From assembly GCA_963701295.1 (NCBI GenBank), contig OY969585.1, positions 2,144,001 through 2,208,000 of the forward strand: a stretch of 64,000 bases of DNA, in the 5' to 3' direction. Below the pieces are notes generated by a model, which had not been told where the DNA came from, made no database searches, and saw nothing but the letters and a program-made list of their open reading frames with translations. This stretch comes from Ignavibacteriota bacterium. GTDB taxonomy: Bacteria; Bacteroidota; Ignavibacteria; UBA10030. Of the stretch, positions 60,717 through 64,000 are shown piece after piece (the stretch's first letter is position 1; every line of letters starts with the position of its first letter). Both the position numbers and the translations under genes were made by a program.

Positions 60717-60780
60717 GGTATGTACCAAAACGTAAAAAAGGTATGTACCAAATGGGACACTAAATAAAGAAATAAAGAAA
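60694..60780 (+). repeat. Iteron origin
   Basis: GGTATGTACC at 60694, 60717 and 60740 (23-bp period), then A-rich TAAATAAAGAAATAAAGAAA. Confidence 0.8.
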
Positions 60781-60800
60781 GCTTTAAAGAGATATTTAAT

Positions 60801-60980
60801 ATGAAGAATACATTACAAGTGATTGAAGAAGAAATTCTATTCATAGGTCAACAACTTAATGAAGAAGTCTTTGAGCAGTACACTTCAGGCGAAATCACAC
60901 TTCAGCAACTGGATGAAGCTTATCGAATCCTTTCAAAATGGTCACTTCAGAGCGAAAATGTGTTGAAGTTGCTGGAATAA
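60801..60980 (+). CDS. 59-aa acidic helical hypothetical protein (not in the ORF track)
   Basis: ATG 60801 to TAA 60980, MKNTLQVIEEEILF...VLKLLE; fills the gap between genes. Confidence 0.55.
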   Translation: MKNTLQVIEEEILFIGQQLNEEVFEQYTSGEITLQQLDEAYRILSKWSLQSENVLKLLE

Positions 60981-61027
60981 AAGTAATTAAAACCTTTACT
61001 ATTTAGGATAAACAGAAAGAGAGAATA

Positions 61028-61552
61028 ATGGGTGGTTTTGGTAGTGGTCGTTCCGGCTGGCGTCCGGTCGTTGAAGACGGATTGAAGCTTGATTCGTACC
61101 GATTGCAGAGACAAGGCTTATTGAGTATTCACGGCTGTGAACTTTCAATTGGTTCGCTTGAATGGACATATACTTCCTCTGGAGAGCATGTTGCTTCCAT
61201 CGGCTATTCCGTAAATTATGAGAACCAGACGATGATACTCACCTACACGAAGACAATTGATGGAGAAAAATATCCGGTCAACGAAACTATCTGGCTGATA
61301 AGGCAGAAAACTAATTTCGGAGGTTCCCGCTTTCTTTTTAAATGTCCAAGCTGTTACGCAAGGGTAGCAAAACTTTATCTACCTAATGGTGCGCTCCATT
61401 TTCGCTGTCGTGGGTGTTATAATCTTACATATCAAAGCAGTAATGATAGCCATGAGTTCGACTTTCTTTTTCGACAAATATCATCTGAAACGGGTATGTC
61501 TTTTGGAAATGCTAAAAAAATAATGAAGAACATGTGGTACGTACTAAAGTAG
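61028..61552 (+). CDS. Zn-finger hypothetical protein (MGGxGSGR start)
   Basis: FGGSRFLFKCPSC...FRCRGCYNLTYQS. Confidence 0.85.
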   Translation: MGGFGSGRSGWRPVVEDGLKLDSYRLQRQGLLSIHGCELSIGSLEWTYTSSGEHVASIGYSVNYENQTMILTYTKTIDGEKYPVNETIWLIRQKTNFGGSRFLFKCPSCYARVAKLYLPNGALHFRCRGCYNLTYQSSNDSHEFDFLFRQISSETGMSFGNAKKIMKNMWYVLK

Positions 61553-61599
61553 TGTTAAATAGTATTGAATGGCTATCGAAAATGATATTATGAAACGGG

Positions 61600-61628
61600 T
61601 TGCCTTCTCTGTAATTGTTTTGTAAATT
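61600..61628 (+). promoter_or_regulatory. Element-borne promoter facing the intact tRNA
   Basis: TTGCCT-N17-TAAATT. Confidence 0.45.
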
Positions 61629-61845
61629 GAAATAGAACTCAAAGAAATCCGCTTTCGGAAAATCAAGAAAGAATTTACTCGAAAGAGTAGAACGCCAAGA
61701 GTTCAGAGACCGGAAGCCTCGTTTCGCTTGGCGTTTCTTATTCGTGGCAGGTGGGGACTAAATTGGTAACCTTGTGAGTGAGATAGGAGCAAACATCTTA
61801 ATCATTCACAGAAGATAATTGTAGATTTTCGATTGTTTTTCCATT

Positions 61846-61918
61846 GGCCCCGTAGCTCAGTGGATAGAGCAACAGCCTTCTAAGCTGTGGGTCGCGTGTT
61901 CGAGTCACGCCGGGGTCA
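61846..61918 (+). tRNA. tRNA-Arg(TCT), intact, overlapping attR
   Basis: Acceptor GGCCCCG/CGGGGTC, anticodon arm ACAGC-CTTCTAA-GCTGT, T arm GCGTG-TTCGAGT-CACGC; no encoded CCA. Confidence 0.97.
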
Positions 61919-62038
61919 CGTACTTAATTCATTTTTCGATCCTCCATATAACTTTCAATGGTTTCTAATATTTCTCAATAAAAAATCCCATCTCTTGCAA
62001 AACAAAAGATGGGATATATATCTTGAAATACTTTTCTT

Positions 62039-64000
62039 CTACTTCAGATTCCAGATCATCGCGCGTTTTTCCGGAGCTATATACATCGCGCCGCCCTTAC
62101 CGCATCCGAATGCATCATAAAATGCTTGAAGGTTCGGCAACGAACCATTGACCCGGAGTTCAGCAGGTGAGTGGACATCTGTTTTTACCTGCATCCGGAG
62201 TCGTTCCGGGCGTACATTTCGCCGCCACACCTGTGCAAACGAAAGGAAGAATCTTTGTTCAGGAGTGAATCCATCAATGGGTGCAACATTCTTTCCTTTC
62301 AGTGCGTTCTCCATGGCTGTAAAGGAAATGGCAAGTCCGCCAAGGTCGCCTATATTTTCGCCGAGAGTCATTGCGCCATTGATGTGAAGCGAATCAATCG
62401 GGACAAAGCCATCGAACTGATGAGCGAGCGTTCCCGTTCGCTCGTCGAATTTCTTACGTGTCTCCGGTGTCCACCACATCTTCAAATTTCCTTCTGCATC
62501 GAACTTGCTGCCCTGGTCATCGAATCCATGCGAGATTTCGTGGCCTATAACAACACCGATACCGCCATAGTTAACAGCATCATCTGCTTTGAAATCAAAG
62601 AAGGGAGGCTGCAAGATACCTGCGGGGAATACGATTTCATTCATAGATGGATTGTAATATGCATTCACGATCTGTGGTGACATTCCCCATTCGGTTCTGT
62701 CTACCGGTTTACCAATCTTGTTAATTTCACGCTGCACAGCAAACTGTGCCGCATGCCGAACGTTTTCAAGATAGGAAGTTCGATCGATCGTGAGCTTAGT
62801 ATAGTCCCGCCACTTGTCGGGATATCCAATCTTGACCACGATCGCGTCAAGTTTTTTGAGTGCGGCCTGTTTGGTAGTGTCATCCATCCAAGTAATGGTA
62901 TGAATATGCTCACGCAGTGCAAGTTTAATATTGTTGACCAATTCCAGTGCACGAGCCTTTGCTTCAGGAGGAAATGCTTTCGCAACATACACCTCGCCAA
63001 CAGCTTCACCCAAGAGACCATCAATCACACCCCGGATGCGTTTCCAACGCGGCTGCATTTCTTTCGCACCTGTCATGATAGTACCGTGGAACCGAAAATT
63101 CTCTGCGACGAATGCGGAACTTAAAGAGTTTGCGGAGTTACTCACGACCCTCCAGCGGAGATAGTTTTTCCATGTCTCAACAGGAACGGTTTCCAACATG
63201 ACATTGACTTCTTTAAAAAATTCAGGTTGTTCAACATCCACGTTTCCTGGATTTGACCATCCCAGATCGATAAAATATCGTTTCCAGTCGAATGCGGGAG
63301 CGAGTGCTGCAAGTTGCTCCTGAGTCATTTTATTATAGTTCTTGTCCGGATCGCGAAGATCGACAAGCCGACGCGATGTCTTCGCAAGCTGCGTTTCAAA
63401 AGCCATCACTGACTGCGCTGAAGCAGCCGCCTTTGTGGTATCATCACCTATCAATTGAAACATCGCCATTACATGTTTTACATATTCTTCACGAATTCGT
63501 TTAGAGCGTGCTTCTTCTGAGAAGTAGTAATCACGTTCAGGCAGCCCAAGACCTCCCTGATCAATCTCACCGATGACTTCAATGCTGTTCTTCGGATCCT
63601 GTTCAGAGCCAAAGTTGAAAAGGGGATTTAAATGTATGGAATGAAGACGACCGATTTCTTGCTGTACATCCTGAATATTCTTAATCGCTCCAATACGTTC
63701 CAGTTCTCCGGCGATAGGTTTCATTCCCTTTGCTTCGATAGCGGTAGAGTCCATTCCAGTAGCATAAAAGTCGCCGATCTTTCGTTCGTTGCTTCCTGCG
63801 GACGCCGATTTGTCCTTTGCTGCGTCTTCAAGAATCTTCATGAAGCACATCGCTGTTATGGTCTGCAAGGATATTAAAGCTTCCCCATTGATCGAAGGCG
63901 GCAGGAATTGGATTGGACTTGAGCCAAGTACCGTTTGCATAGTGGAAGAAATCATCACAAGGTTTTATCGAAAGATCCATATTAGAAGGATCAATTGGTT
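62039..64000 (-). CDS. M13 metallopeptidase (PepO/neprilysin-like), 5' end outside window, one frameshift near 63837
   Basis: VNAYY, GHEISH, GENIGD; the upstream frame reads KPCDDFFHYANGTW. Confidence 0.93.

Larger units (their letters stand above)
54034..61910 (+). mobile_element. ~7.9-kb tRNA-Arg-integrated, satellite-like element
   Basis: Bounded by identical 69-bp direct repeats; carries an integrase, a DnaB-like helicase, an O-like initiator and iterons. Confidence 0.92.

Noticed and set aside
60694-60760. CRISPR-like repeats
   Set aside because: 10-bp core with a 23-bp period, near-identical spacers and no cas genes; fits iterons
54034-61910. Intact prophage or ICE
   Set aside because: No structural, packaging, lysis or conjugation genes
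1-64000. Numerous short antisense or overlapping ORFs in the track
   Set aside because: They lie within well-supported genes and show no recognisable motifs

Overview
Bacterial chromosomal window. The gene set (FadL+GDSL pair, DUF5686-type and TonB-dependent outer-membrane proteins, type-2 IleRS, yggS-divIVA-PNP-ileS-dksA-lspA-rluD) suggests an Ignavibacteria/Bacteroidota-Chlorobi-type diderm; this is inference only. Positions 1-25 kb are mostly housekeeping: accC, gcvH, a PAS/GAF two-component system, a beta-CASP nuclease, rplU-rpmA, aroE and the ileS cluster. Positions 25-54 kb are an accessory patchwork with a duplicated rluD tail, a Cyc2-like cytochrome-porin plus cytochrome lipoprotein, hydrolases and two families of palindromic repeats. 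Within it, a 39.9-47.5 kb island holds a broken REP-associated transposase, a DUF559 nuclease bracketed by ~150-bp promoter-containing direct repeats, an HNH nuclease with an EF-hand-like tail, and an AT-rich operon (ParB-like, SNF2 helicase, DUF3883 nuclease, Dam-like methylase) that looks like a candidate defence system. Positions 54.0-61.9 kb are a ~7.9-kb satellite-like element (integrase, DnaB-like helicase, lambda-O-like initiator, iterons) inserted in tRNA-Arg(TCT) with a 5'-end duplication, so the intact tRNA now sits at the far end. Three single-base frameshifts may be assembly errors. All calls come from motif reading only; no searches were run.
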